Below are positions 1 to 8,303 of a stretch of 42,692 nucleotides of DNA, one piece after another; position 1 is the first letter of the stretch; each line of letters opens with the position of its first letter. Position numbers and translations under genes: made by a program. The notes beneath the pieces are model-generated. The model saw nothing but the letters and a program-made list of their open reading frames with translations. It was not told where the DNA came from and searched no databases. The DNA comes from a virus (lineage: Duplodnaviria > Caudoviricetes): IMG/VR virus record IMGVR_UViG_3300021082_000014, positions 1 to 42,692 of that record. One strand, written 5' to 3'.

Positions 1-127
1 CCTGTTCAACGCCGCCTACAAGGCCAGTGTCGCCCTCGGGCGCAAGTTCGAGGCCCGCGACCTGACGCCCGAGTTGCGCCAGGCCGCGCGGGCCTACGCC
101 GCCAGCTACGACGGCGACTTCGAGTAC
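1..127. repeat. Terminal direct repeat (copy 1), indicating a circular contig
   Basis: 1-127 is identical to 42566-42692 and lies inside a CDS. 127 nt is a common assembler k-mer overlap. Confidence 0.95.
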
Positions 128-886
128 ATGGTCGAGATGCGGGCCCAGGTCATCGCGGGCACGGGCGCCTTCCTGAGCGACAGCCAGAGCAAGGGTGTCC
201 TGAACTGCCTGGCCGCCGACGCCCGGCGCCGCCTGGCCGCCCGCGCCCCCAAGGTCGCCGCGATCACGGTCCCGCTGGGCACGTTCACCGTCGTCGCCCT
301 GGACGGCTCGCGCACGACGATCCGCCTGCAGGAGCCGCGGACCAAGGACGGCCGCGTCTTCGCCAGCTTCCTGACCGGTGCCGACAACGACGTCGACTTC
401 ACCTACTTCGCCACCCTCCGCGGCGGCGTCATGAGTGGCCAGGACGGCAGCTTCGCCGCCCAGCGCCAGGCCGTGCGGGCGATCCTGGCCCCCAGCGCCG
501 ACCTGCAGGCGATGGGCCTGGCCTACGCCCTGGAGAGCAGCAACTGCTGGCGCTGCGGCCGCACCCTGACCGTGCCGGCCAGCATTCACTCGGGCCTCGG
601 CCCCGACTGCGCCGCCAAGGTGGGGGCGATGTACAGCGAGCCCCCGGCCGAGGCGACGGCGGCCCAGCCCGGAACCGCCGCCGCCGACAAGGAGATCCCC
701 GCCGCACCCTCAGCGCCAGAGGCCGCGGCAGTGACGCCCGACAGTGTACGGAGGAGTGCCAATGGTCAGGCGATGAGCCGCTACGAGGCGGCCCAGGTCG
801 ACGGGGCCCCGCGTCCAGCCGGCGGCTGGACCTACGACGACATCTTCCCCAGCGAAGCCGACTGGGATGCCCGAGGAGTCCGCTAA
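1..886 (+). CDS. 3' part of an origin-spanning gene (true start 42540, about 303 aa); DUF6011-like zinc-finger protein
   Basis: In frame with ATG 42540 across the join. Motif CWRCGRTLTVPASIHSGLGPDCA (CxxCGRxL...GxGPxC). Confidence 0.8.
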   Translation, partial: LFNAAYKASVALGRKFEARDLTPELRQAARAYAASYDGDFEYMVEMRAQVIAGTGAFLSDSQSKGVLNCLAADARRRLAARAPKVAAITVPLGTFTVVALDGSRTTIRLQEPRTKDGRVFASFLTGADNDVDFTYFATLRGGVMSGQDGSFAAQRQAVRAILAPSADLQAMGLAYALESSNCWRCGRTLTVPASIHSGLGPDCAAKVGAMYSEPPAEATAAQPGTAAADKEIPAAPSAPEAAAVTPDSVRRSANGQAMSRYEAAQVDGAPRPAGGWTYDDIFPSEADWDARGVR

Positions 887-1107
887 TGATCGAACTCGTC
901 CGCCTGGATCGGGTGCTGTCCAGTGGCAGCACCATGCCGGTGTTCATCAATCCGGCGCAAGTGCTGTTCGTTCAGGGCAACTGGAGGCCCGGCGAAAGCA
1001 CGGTCTACTTCGCCTTTGACCAGACCGTCACGGTCAAGGGCTACACCTCTGACGTGGCCTATGCCCTCTCGGGCGACGCCGTCCGCGAGCCCGTCCTGCG
1101 GACCTAA
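886..1107 (+). CDS. Small protein resembling the FlbD/SwrD family
   Basis: MIELVRLD...PVFINPAQVLFVQ...STVYF...VTVK pattern; TAATG coupling at both ends. Confidence 0.6.
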   Translation: MIELVRLDRVLSSGSTMPVFINPAQVLFVQGNWRPGESTVYFAFDQTVTVKGYTSDVAYALSGDAVREPVLRT

Positions 1108-2048
1108 TGGCCAGCACGTCACACCGCCGCTGTCAGTACCAGGGTGAGGGGTGCACGGGCACCGCTCACGCCGGCCACGACCAGTGTGCGCACTGCTTCT
1201 TCCAGTACGTCAAGCCAGCCCTGGTGGCAGAAAGGCTCGAAGTGAAACGCCGCCGCGCGATCAAGAAGCAGCAGCTATCAGGCGCCAACCGCGCCCTGAT
1301 CAGCGAGGTCGACCTGAAGGAGCCGCAGATGCGGGATCAGGTCGCTGACGCGGTCACCGCGGAATTGCCCGTCCGCTGGATTCCGCCGGTGGTCCGCGAG
1401 CAGGTCGTGGCCATCGCCCAGACCCTAGCCGAGGCCGAGGAGGACATGGGCCCGGGGTTCGCCGCGGAGCTTGGGGCAGACATGCGCGATTTGGTCAAGA
1501 CGGGCGTGCTCAACTCCCTGGTCATACCTGTCGACCTCCCCAAGCCACTTGAGAAGGAGGGCGGACCGACGCCCTGGATTCCGACCCCCGGCGGTGCTAC
1601 TGGCCGCAGGGGCAAGCCGCCCATCACCGATGACATTCGCCTGGAGATCGCCCACGCCTACGAGGCCGGCGAGCCCGTGCTGACCATTGCCCGCCGGCAT
1701 GACGTCGCCCGCGGCACCGTGCTCAATATCGCCAAGGAGCTTGGCGTCAATCGTCACAGCCCGGCCACTGAATCAGTGGCACCACCCGAGGAGGTCCCCG
1801 AAGTGCCCATCAAGACCCGCACCACCATCGAGGTGCCGCACGACACGCCGCTGCCTGTCACTCAGCCGCGGGCGGTCATCACCGCTAATGGCATCGCCGG
1901 CGCGGTCGGCACATGGAAGGTGACGTTCACCGTCACCCGCACCGAGACCATCGAAATCAAGGCCGACAGCCTGACCAGCGCCGCTCGCGGGGCCCAGGTC
2001 AACCTGCCCGAAGGGTCCGAAGTGGTCAGCCTGGAGCGGGTTGGCTAA
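1107..2048 (+). CDS. Multidomain DNA-binding protein: N-terminal Cys cluster, central HTH, small C-terminal beta domain
   Basis: CQYQGEGC...CAHC; GKPPITDDIRLEIAHAYEAGEPVLTIARRHDVARGTVLNI (HTH); WKVTFTVTRTETIEIKADS. Confidence 0.7.
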   Translation: MASTSHRRCQYQGEGCTGTAHAGHDQCAHCFFQYVKPALVAERLEVKRRRAIKKQQLSGANRALISEVDLKEPQMRDQVADAVTAELPVRWIPPVVREQVVAIAQTLAEAEEDMGPGFAAELGADMRDLVKTGVLNSLVIPVDLPKPLEKEGGPTPWIPTPGGATGRRGKPPITDDIRLEIAHAYEAGEPVLTIARRHDVARGTVLNIAKELGVNRHSPATESVAPPEEVPEVPIKTRTTIEVPHDTPLPVTQPRAVITANGIAGAVGTWKVTFTVTRTETIEIKADSLTSAARGAQVNLPEGSEVVSLERVG

Positions 2049-2185
2049 TGGAGGCTCTCAACTGGGCCTTTGGCATTTCGATGATGGGGGTCTGCGCCCT
2101 CATCATCGCCGGGCCGTTCATTGTCGCCGGCCTGGCCATCTACCACGTCGGCAAAGAGGCCGGCCGCGCGGAGCGATTCAAGTGA
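2048..2185 (+). CDS. Small membrane protein (45 aa)
   Basis: ATG overlaps the upstream TAA; long hydrophobic stretch WAFGISMMGVCALIIAGPFIVAGLAIY. Confidence 0.65.
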   Translation: MEALNWAFGISMMGVCALIIAGPFIVAGLAIYHVGKEAGRAERFK

Positions 2186-2418
2186 GCTTTCTCGACAGCC
2201 TGCGGACGATGGACGAGGTGTGGGCCCTGGAGGCGGCCCACCACGGCCTCGACCCCGAGGCCCACACCCAGCTACACCACGCCTTCTACGCCGGCGCGGC
2301 AGCCCTGTTGATGCTGATCACCAACGCCGCGGACGACGGCGAGGACCCGAATGGCATCTTCGAGCGCCTGGCCAATGAACTGGCCGACTTTGGCCAGGCC
2401 AGCCGGCTGCCCGACTAG
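2182..2418 (+). CDS. Hypothetical phage protein (78 aa)
   Basis: GTGA overlap with the upstream stop; AFYAG motif; last gene of the plus arm. Confidence 0.7.
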   Translation: MSFLDSLRTMDEVWALEAAHHGLDPEAHTQLHHAFYAGAAALLMLITNAADDGEDPNGIFERLANELADFGQASRLPD

Positions 2419-2567
2419 AGCAGCCGCGCCAGCGCCACCAGGCCAATGGTCAGGGCCTGGGGCGCTGGCAACTGGTTGGTGAAGTAGAAGACGAACACGA
2501 GCAACAGTGCCACCAGTGCGATCAGCCAGCCGATAGTGATCACCGGCGCGCTCACGTTGAGATTCAT
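2415..2567 (-). CDS. Putative holin (two TM segments, 50 aa)
   Basis: SD GGGGAG before ATG 2567; two hydrophobic helices; downstream of the endolysin. Confidence 0.55.
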   Translation of the reverse strand: MNLNVSAPVITIGWLIALVALLLVFVFYFTNQLPAPQALTIGLVALARLL

Positions 2568-2575
2568 AGCTCCCC

Positions 2576-2716
2576 CTACTCGGTTGGCGGGTGTTTCCGC
2601 CGAATGATCTGCCAGCGCCAATGCACGACCATGACCAGGATGGCGCCGATCAGCCCCCCGATGAAGCCCTGCACCGCCGCGGGGTTGTCCGTCAGGTACA
2701 GCAGCAGGGCTTGCAT
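2576..2716 (-). CDS. Small membrane lysis protein (one TM segment, basic C-terminus)
   Basis: MQALLLYLTDNPAAVQGFIGGLIGAILVMVVHWRWQIIRRKH; lies within the lysis cassette. Confidence 0.55.
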   Translation of the reverse strand: MQALLLYLTDNPAAVQGFIGGLIGAILVMVVHWRWQIIRRKHPPTE

Positions 2717-2724
2717 AGGATGGT

Positions 2725-3264
2725 CTAGCGGATCAGCCAGACACAGGACATGCTGCCCAAGCTGGCCCACTGCTGGCGGTTGAGGGTGTCCCCGACCGAC
2801 TTGTAGCCAGGTGCGGAATTGGCGATCCAGAGCAGCCCGTCCCTGGTCACCCCGCGCACCCCGACCCAGTGATACCAGGCTGCCCCCGAGAGCATGCCGG
2901 GGACCTGGCGGTAGGTGTCGTAGGCGGTGTCGAAGTCCAGCCAGGCATGGCGACTGTCGATGCCGTACTCGCGCATCACCCGCTGCAACTGGGCCCCTGA
3001 TCCATCCATGAGGCCGTAGGTGCTGTTGATGTTGACCGGGTAGCCGATCTCGGCCACGGCGCTCCACTCGTCGGCCAGGATGTTGACCTGGGTCGCCCGC
3101 TCCAGCCAGGCCAGGCTGCAGGCGGAGCAGGTCCACCCGGCGGCCTGGTTGTACTGTGGCTCGTTGGGGTCATAGCTGTCCCACCAGCCCGTCGGATCGG
3201 GCGGTGGGGCCGGCGGCGCCTCGCGCGGGTAGACGGGCGCCCAGAGGCTACTCGTCGCTGGCAA
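2725..3264 (-). CDS. Putative endolysin, papain-like C39 peptidase domain (start uncertain: TTG 3264 or GTG 3285)
   Basis: Q...WTCSACS (Cys), YHWVGVRG (His), WIANSAPG (Asn); adjacent to holin-like genes. Confidence 0.7.
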   Translation of the reverse strand: MPATSSLWAPVYPREAPPAPPPDPTGWWDSYDPNEPQYNQAAGWTCSACSLAWLERATQVNILADEWSAVAEIGYPVNINSTYGLMDGSGAQLQRVMREYGIDSRHAWLDFDTAYDTYRQVPGMLSGAAWYHWVGVRGVTRDGLLWIANSAPGYKSVGDTLNRQQWASLGSMSCVWLIR

Positions 3265-3481
3265 CGTAGCTGCCCTGCTCAGCACTCCAGCCCAGGACCA
3301 TGCCGCTGCTGAAGGCCTGCTGGACCCCGACCGGCGTCTGGATCTCGGGCGTCACCGGCAGGCCGGTGTAGGTGCCCTCGGCGCGCAGCTTGCGCCACAG
3401 CTTGTAGATGGCGCTGTCCGGGTTGAACGGGACGTCCAGGGTGGCCGCCCAGGCCTGGTCGTCGATCCAGCTACCCGCCAT
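3248..3481 (-). CDS. Small protein resembling an LGFP-type cell-envelope-binding repeat
   Basis: AIYKLW...GLPVTPEI...VQQAFSSGMVLGW resembles the LGFP repeat. Confidence 0.55.
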   Translation of the reverse strand: MAGSWIDDQAWAATLDVPFNPDSAIYKLWRKLRAEGTYTGLPVTPEIQTPVGVQQAFSSGMVLGWSAEQGSYVASDE

Positions 3482-3701
3482 GGGTCGAGACGGTGACGCC
3501 GTTGGGCGTCTCGACCAGCGGGCCCGGGTCCAGTGGGCCGCCGTCGGGGATCTCCAGCACGCCCTGGTCGAGATTCAGGTTGACGCCCTGGACCTCGGCA
3601 TAGCCGAGGGCCTCGACGATGGTCTGGGCGGTCTCCTGAAAGGCCGCGTAGCGGGCCCGCAGGCGGGCCAGGGATGGGGCCGGGACGTGGACGGTACTCA
3701 T
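3471..3701 (-). CDS. Hypothetical protein (76 aa)
   Basis: ATGA-coupled ORF in the minus-strand operon. Confidence 0.7.
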   Translation of the reverse strand: MSTVHVPAPSLARLRARYAAFQETAQTIVEALGYAEVQGVNLNLDQGVLEIPDGGPLDPGPLVETPNGVTVSTHGG

Positions 3702-5065
3702 GCAGCCTCCAGGGCGTCGATGCGGCGCAGGGCCTCGCGCAGGGCCACCAGCAGCACCGGGATGACGCTGGTGTAGCTCATGCTCTGGACCTCGCCGCCC
3801 TCGTCATGTTGGACGATCTCGGGCAGCACGTCGGCCCACTCGTCCGCGATCAGGCCGACGTCGGGCCGATTGTCGGCCAGGTTGCTGGTGTAGCGGTAGG
3901 CGCCCAGGGCAGGATTCTGGACCAGGGCCACGGCCTCGCCCGGCGCCAGGGCCGCGGCGTTGCTCTTGTAGCGCGCGGCCGAGACCTGTTCCCAGCTACT
4001 GGTCCCGCCGGCGCTGCCGTTGACCCACAGGATCTTGCTGTGGCCCGCGGCCTCGTTGATGGCAAGCTGGGCCAGAGCGCTGCCCGGGGTGACGTTGATG
4101 AACGCGACGCACTCGCCCGAGACCGCCGTCAGGTAGGTGTTCGAGCCCGCCACGCGGTGCCGCAGGGCGTACACGTCGGGGGCGTTGATGATGCCCGCGG
4201 CGTCCAGGCGGCTGGCCCACAGGCCATTGCCGTAGGGCACCTCCAGGCGCGCCTGGCCCGGCACCCAGCGGACCATGACCTGATTGCTGGCCTCGAAGTA
4301 GACGATGCCGCCGTTGACGTTCAGGTTGCCCTGGGTGCCCGCGGCACCGTTGATGGTCAGCGTCCCGCCGATGGTCTGCGAGCCCGTCACGCCCAGGTTG
4401 CGGCCGACCGTCAGATCCAGGCCGATGCTCTGCGACTGGCCCACCGTCAGCGTCCCCGCCACGGCCATGCTGGCCACCGCGGTGGTCCCGCCCGTGACCG
4501 TCAGGGTGCCGTTGAGGGTCGTCCCGCCGTTGACCGTCAGACCAGCCAGGTAGGTCATGCCCGGGGTCACCGTCAGGCCCTGCATGCCGACCAACTGCTG
4601 CCCCAGGCCGTCGGCGCCGTAGCCGTAGATCAGGGCGCTGCCCGCGCCCAGCAGGATGTGCTGGGTGATGCGAACGCCGCCGTCGGCCTGGACCGTCAGC
4701 GCCGGGGCACCCCCGCGCTGCAGGGTGATGGTCTGGCCAACGATGACGACGTCCTTGTAGGCCGCCGCCGCACGGTCGTAGCCCTGGACGACGCCGCGGC
4801 CGGCGCCAGTGGTCTCGTAGTAGACCTCCAGGCCGGCGCCGTCGGTGAAGATGGGCGCCGCGCCGGTGGAGCGGAAGGCGCCCGGCAGGTCCAGCGGGGC
4901 AGTGATGCCCGTGCCCGAGACCTTGAGGCCCTTGCCGCTGCTGTGATCGTGGTTCTCGACGGCCAGGGCCAGGACCTGCACGTCGTCCTTGACGAAGGCG
5001 TCGTTCGGCGCCGTGGCGTAGGGGAAGTTGTTGGCGGTGTAGTTGATGCTGCTGAGTCGGGCCAT
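3698..5065 (-). CDS. Tail fibre/spike with C-terminal intramolecular chaperone (peptidase S74)
   Basis: G-x-L-T-V-x-G beta repeats; VSAARYKSN cleavage motif; GLIADE...PEIV...MSYTSVIPVLLVALRE coiled end. Confidence 0.85.
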   Translation of the reverse strand: MARLSSINYTANNFPYATAPNDAFVKDDVQVLALAVENHDHSSGKGLKVSGTGITAPLDLPGAFRSTGAAPIFTDGAGLEVYYETTGAGRGVVQGYDRAAAAYKDVVIVGQTITLQRGGAPALTVQADGGVRITQHILLGAGSALIYGYGADGLGQQLVGMQGLTVTPGMTYLAGLTVNGGTTLNGTLTVTGGTTAVASMAVAGTLTVGQSQSIGLDLTVGRNLGVTGSQTIGGTLTINGAAGTQGNLNVNGGIVYFEASNQVMVRWVPGQARLEVPYGNGLWASRLDAAGIINAPDVYALRHRVAGSNTYLTAVSGECVAFINVTPGSALAQLAINEAAGHSKILWVNGSAGGTSSWEQVSAARYKSNAAALAPGEAVALVQNPALGAYRYTSNLADNRPDVGLIADEWADVLPEIVQHDEGGEVQSMSYTSVIPVLLVALREALRRIDALEAA

Positions 5066-6996
5066 CAGGCCACCTCCGTCGTCCACTGCACGCCCTTGAC
5101 GCGCAGGCTGCCCCGCCACTGGCGGCCCACCTCATCGAAGGCCTGGCGCACCTGATAGTCGGTGAAGCTCAGGTCCTGCACCGTCTCGTCCGGCAGGACG
5201 CAGCGCACGGTGCCCTTGTTGTCGACAGCCGCCTCGACGACCCGCTGGATCTCTTTGCGGCCCATGCGGACGGGCACCCCATCTCGGCGTACCAGGCCGT
5301 CGGCGCACAGGATGTCGGCCTCGAAGGTCATGATCCGCTGCGGCCGCAGGGCGTGCCCAATGGCTACCGAGGAGACCAGCGGGCTGGTCGCCGGCGCGGC
5401 GTTGTGGAGGTGGACGCGGAAGCTGCCCAGGGTCGTGGTCGTGCCGTTAGGGAAGGGGAACTCCTCAATGACGGTCTGGTCGAAGTGGTTGCCCAACTCG
5501 ATGTAGGCCGCGTCCGCGGGGTCGACCTTGTACGCCAGGGTCAGGTAGTTCGAGACGTCCAGGCGCGGCCCGGTGACGGCCACGTGACGCAGTGTCTTCT
5601 GGCTGGCGTGGTAGCCGCCATGCCACAGCGGCAGGTCGATCCAGTCGTCGCCGGTGCTGAAGGCGTACAGATCGCATGACGCCGGGTTGGGCGTGCAGGG
5701 GTTCTGGAACCACAGGATGTCGCCGTTACTGCAGCCGATGTAGGTCCGCGTGTGGCCCGCGGCCGAGGCGCCGATCTCGCTAATGAACAGGCTGGTCCCG
5801 ACGCAGCCCATGAGGGCATGGCTCAAGCTGCCGTGCCAGGCGTCGACGCGGGTGGCCGCGGGCTCGTTGCCCTGGCCGGTCATGCCGCTGGTGACGAAGC
5901 CGCCGAACTTCAGCAGGTAGCTGTTGGCCGTGTCGGGGTTGTAGAGCATGGCGTAGGCGAACATCGTGCCCAGGCCGATGAAGGCGGTGATCTGGCCCTG
6001 CACCGGGCCGTCGTTGCTGATCAGGCGGTCGGTGCCGATGTCCTCCAGGGTCAGGTCGGCGCCCAAGCGGAAGAAGCTCTGGCCATAGCCGACGTACAGG
6101 TCGTTCTCGAACTGGCCCGTCACCCGTCCGTTGTCGCTGCGCACGGCGAACTTCAGGAACGGGTATAGCTGCTGGTCGGTGCCGGTCTGGTCCAGGGTGT
6201 AGATGCCGTCGGTCTTCAGGATCAGCATCTGGCCCGCCGCGGTCGCCACCAGATCGCTGATGACGCCGGCCTGGTCGCCCACGCGGAAGATGAGCGCGGT
6301 GTAGTTGGCCTCGACCGTCGGGTCGGCGTTCACGTCGCACTTGCGCAGGCGGTTGACGCTGTCGGCCCACCAGAACTCGCGGCCAATGGCCAGGAAGGCC
6401 AGGGCGGTGAAGGTGGCCATCGGGGTGTAGGTGGCGCCGTCCGCGGTGTGCTGGGCGACCGCCCCGAACAGGGCGATGAAGGCCCGCTTGACGCCGTCGA
6501 AGTTGCTGGTGAAGACCTCGACGTTGACGACGAAGACACCCGCCCCGAAGTCCTTCACGACGGCCCAGGTGTTGTCGGCCGCGCGCTTCAGGATGTACCG
6601 CCCGTTGGCCGCGAACAGGTTGCCGCCAAGCTCGAAGAAGCAGCGGATGCCGTTGACGGTGTCCCTGGTCGGGGGCGTGTACTCGATGATCTGCGGACCC
6701 TTGCACCACGGCCAGACGCTGGCGTCGACGCCCATCGCCTGGGCGTAGCGGAAGTCCTGCCACTTCTCCTGCAGCCGCAGGCCCATGCCCAGGGCCAGGC
6801 TCTCAAACGGCTCCTGGCGGTCGCTGAGCGGGCTGGTGCCGCCGTAGCTGTAATCGGGCGGCTGGACCTGGCTCAGGTCCTGGGACTTCGTCGAGACCAG
6901 GGCCGGCTGGTTGGGCCCGGGCGAGCCCAGCAGCAGGCCGACGCCGCCGACCTTGATGCTGAACGGGTAGGGCTCGCGCTTGACGTACAGGCTCAC
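5065..6996 (-). CDS. Putative podovirus tail nozzle / tail tubular protein B-like
   Basis: 643 aa, beta-propeller-like composition, positioned between the adaptor and the fibre. Confidence 0.6.
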   Translation of the reverse strand: MSLYVKREPYPFSIKVGGVGLLLGSPGPNQPALVSTKSQDLSQVQPPDYSYGGTSPLSDRQEPFESLALGMGLRLQEKWQDFRYAQAMGVDASVWPWCKGPQIIEYTPPTRDTVNGIRCFFELGGNLFAANGRYILKRAADNTWAVVKDFGAGVFVVNVEVFTSNFDGVKRAFIALFGAVAQHTADGATYTPMATFTALAFLAIGREFWWADSVNRLRKCDVNADPTVEANYTALIFRVGDQAGVISDLVATAAGQMLILKTDGIYTLDQTGTDQQLYPFLKFAVRSDNGRVTGQFENDLYVGYGQSFFRLGADLTLEDIGTDRLISNDGPVQGQITAFIGLGTMFAYAMLYNPDTANSYLLKFGGFVTSGMTGQGNEPAATRVDAWHGSLSHALMGCVGTSLFISEIGASAAGHTRTYIGCSNGDILWFQNPCTPNPASCDLYAFSTGDDWIDLPLWHGGYHASQKTLRHVAVTGPRLDVSNYLTLAYKVDPADAAYIELGNHFDQTVIEEFPFPNGTTTTLGSFRVHLHNAAPATSPLVSSVAIGHALRPQRIMTFEADILCADGLVRRDGVPVRMGRKEIQRVVEAAVDNKGTVRCVLPDETVQDLSFTDYQVRQAFDEVGRQWRGSLRVKGVQWTTEVA

Positions 6997-8012
6997 GAGC
7001 GGACCGCCGGGCCAAACATGCGTCGCGGCTTGAGCGTGTGACTCGGCAGCGGGGCCGTGAAGTGCTCGCGGCAGCGATCAGAGAACCAGGCCGCGGCCGC
7101 CTGCTGGTCCCGCACCAGGCGCTGGTTGGCCTGCGGCTCCAGCAGATGGGCGAAGCGCCGCCAGGCGATGACCAGGGCCGACGAGGCGACCCAGTCCCGC
7201 TCGACCGGGGCCTCGTCGGTCTCGAAGAATAAGCCGCTCTGGCCACCGTACTCGCCGCCCGCGGTGCGGCAGTGGTCGAAGGCCCGCTTCAGGCAGCGCA
7301 GATACAGCAGGTCGCCGGCCTGGAAGCTGCGCGTGCCTGTGTTCAGGAACATGCGCCCGGCGTCCTGCTCGACCTCGCCGCGGATGACGCGCTGGAAGGG
7401 GTCCTGCACGTTGCGGTCCTCGCCCGCCCCCAGCACCCCGACCTGCAGGATGTCGCTGGGGTCCTGCAGCCAGGGCGCGACCAGGCCCAGGTCGTGGCGG
7501 GTGGCGAACTGGGCCGGGATGGCGGCCACCTCGACGATCAGCCAGCACTGCTTCAGGCCGTCGTTGATCAACTGGTGCAGGGTCGGCACGTCGAACGGGC
7601 CGAGGACCTCGAAACGCTCCCCGACGCCATTGATGTCCAGGCCCTCAAGCTGCTCGTAGGTGAAGAACATCAGGTCGGCGTAGGTGTGCGCTTCCAACTC
7701 GGCGTAGGTCGTCGCGCCCTCGGTCGAGATGGGCGGGTTGGTCCAGATCAAGTCCGGCGTCAGCAGCCCCAGGGCGGGGTCGTAGGCCTGGATGTAGCGG
7801 TGCTTGTCCTCGAACAGGACCGCGTTGGGGCGGTACAGGGGGCGGTCGATGAGCATGTCCGTCTGCGGGATGCCCGACTGGATCGGGTAGACGTGGCAGG
7901 CCAGCACGGCCGTCGTCGAGCCACCCATGGCGCGCACGTTGTACTGTTCGGGCCCGATGTAGGGACCCGACTCCATGGCAACGGTGCGCCGGTACTCGGC
8001 CAGGGTCGGCAT
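6993..8012 (-). CDS. Putative head-tail adaptor
   Basis: Start MPTLAEYRR (typical TLxELR start); LHQLINDGL helix; directly upstream of the nozzle-like gene. Confidence 0.55.
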   Translation of the reverse strand: MPTLAEYRRTVAMESGPYIGPEQYNVRAMGGSTTAVLACHVYPIQSGIPQTDMLIDRPLYRPNAVLFEDKHRYIQAYDPALGLLTPDLIWTNPPISTEGATTYAELEAHTYADLMFFTYEQLEGLDINGVGERFEVLGPFDVPTLHQLINDGLKQCWLIVEVAAIPAQFATRHDLGLVAPWLQDPSDILQVGVLGAGEDRNVQDPFQRVIRGEVEQDAGRMFLNTGTRSFQAGDLLYLRCLKRAFDHCRTAGGEYGGQSGLFFETDEAPVERDWVASSALVIAWRRFAHLLEPQANQRLVRDQQAAAAWFSDRCREHFTAPLPSHTLKPRRMFGPAVRS

Positions 8013-8014
8013 GC

Positions 8015-8293
8015 CTACATCCCGGCAAGCTGGCTGATGAACGCCAGGGGAATGCCGTCGAAGCCCGTGTCGAGGTCGCCCACCCCAGACTTGATCGTGG
8101 CCTCCTGGCCCTCTGAGAAAAAGTACGGACTCGCCTTCAGGTCGGTGACGGCCAGCCACTCCTGGCTCTGGGTCACCCGCGAGCGCAAGGCCAGGTAGTC
8201 GCGCATCAGGGTGCCGACATCCGCGTTGACCTGGCTGGCGGTCTGGGGCGCCGCACCGATGGTGGCGGGCGGCTGGGGGGTCGGTTGGGTCAT
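8015..8293 (-). CDS. Hypothetical virion-associated protein (92 aa)
   Basis: SD GGGAG before ATG 8293. Confidence 0.7.
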   Translation of the reverse strand: MTQPTPQPPATIGAAPQTASQVNADVGTLMRDYLALRSRVTQSQEWLAVTDLKASPYFFSEGQEATIKSGVGDLDTGFDGIPLAFISQLAGM

Positions 8294-8303
8294 GTGCTCT
8301 CCC

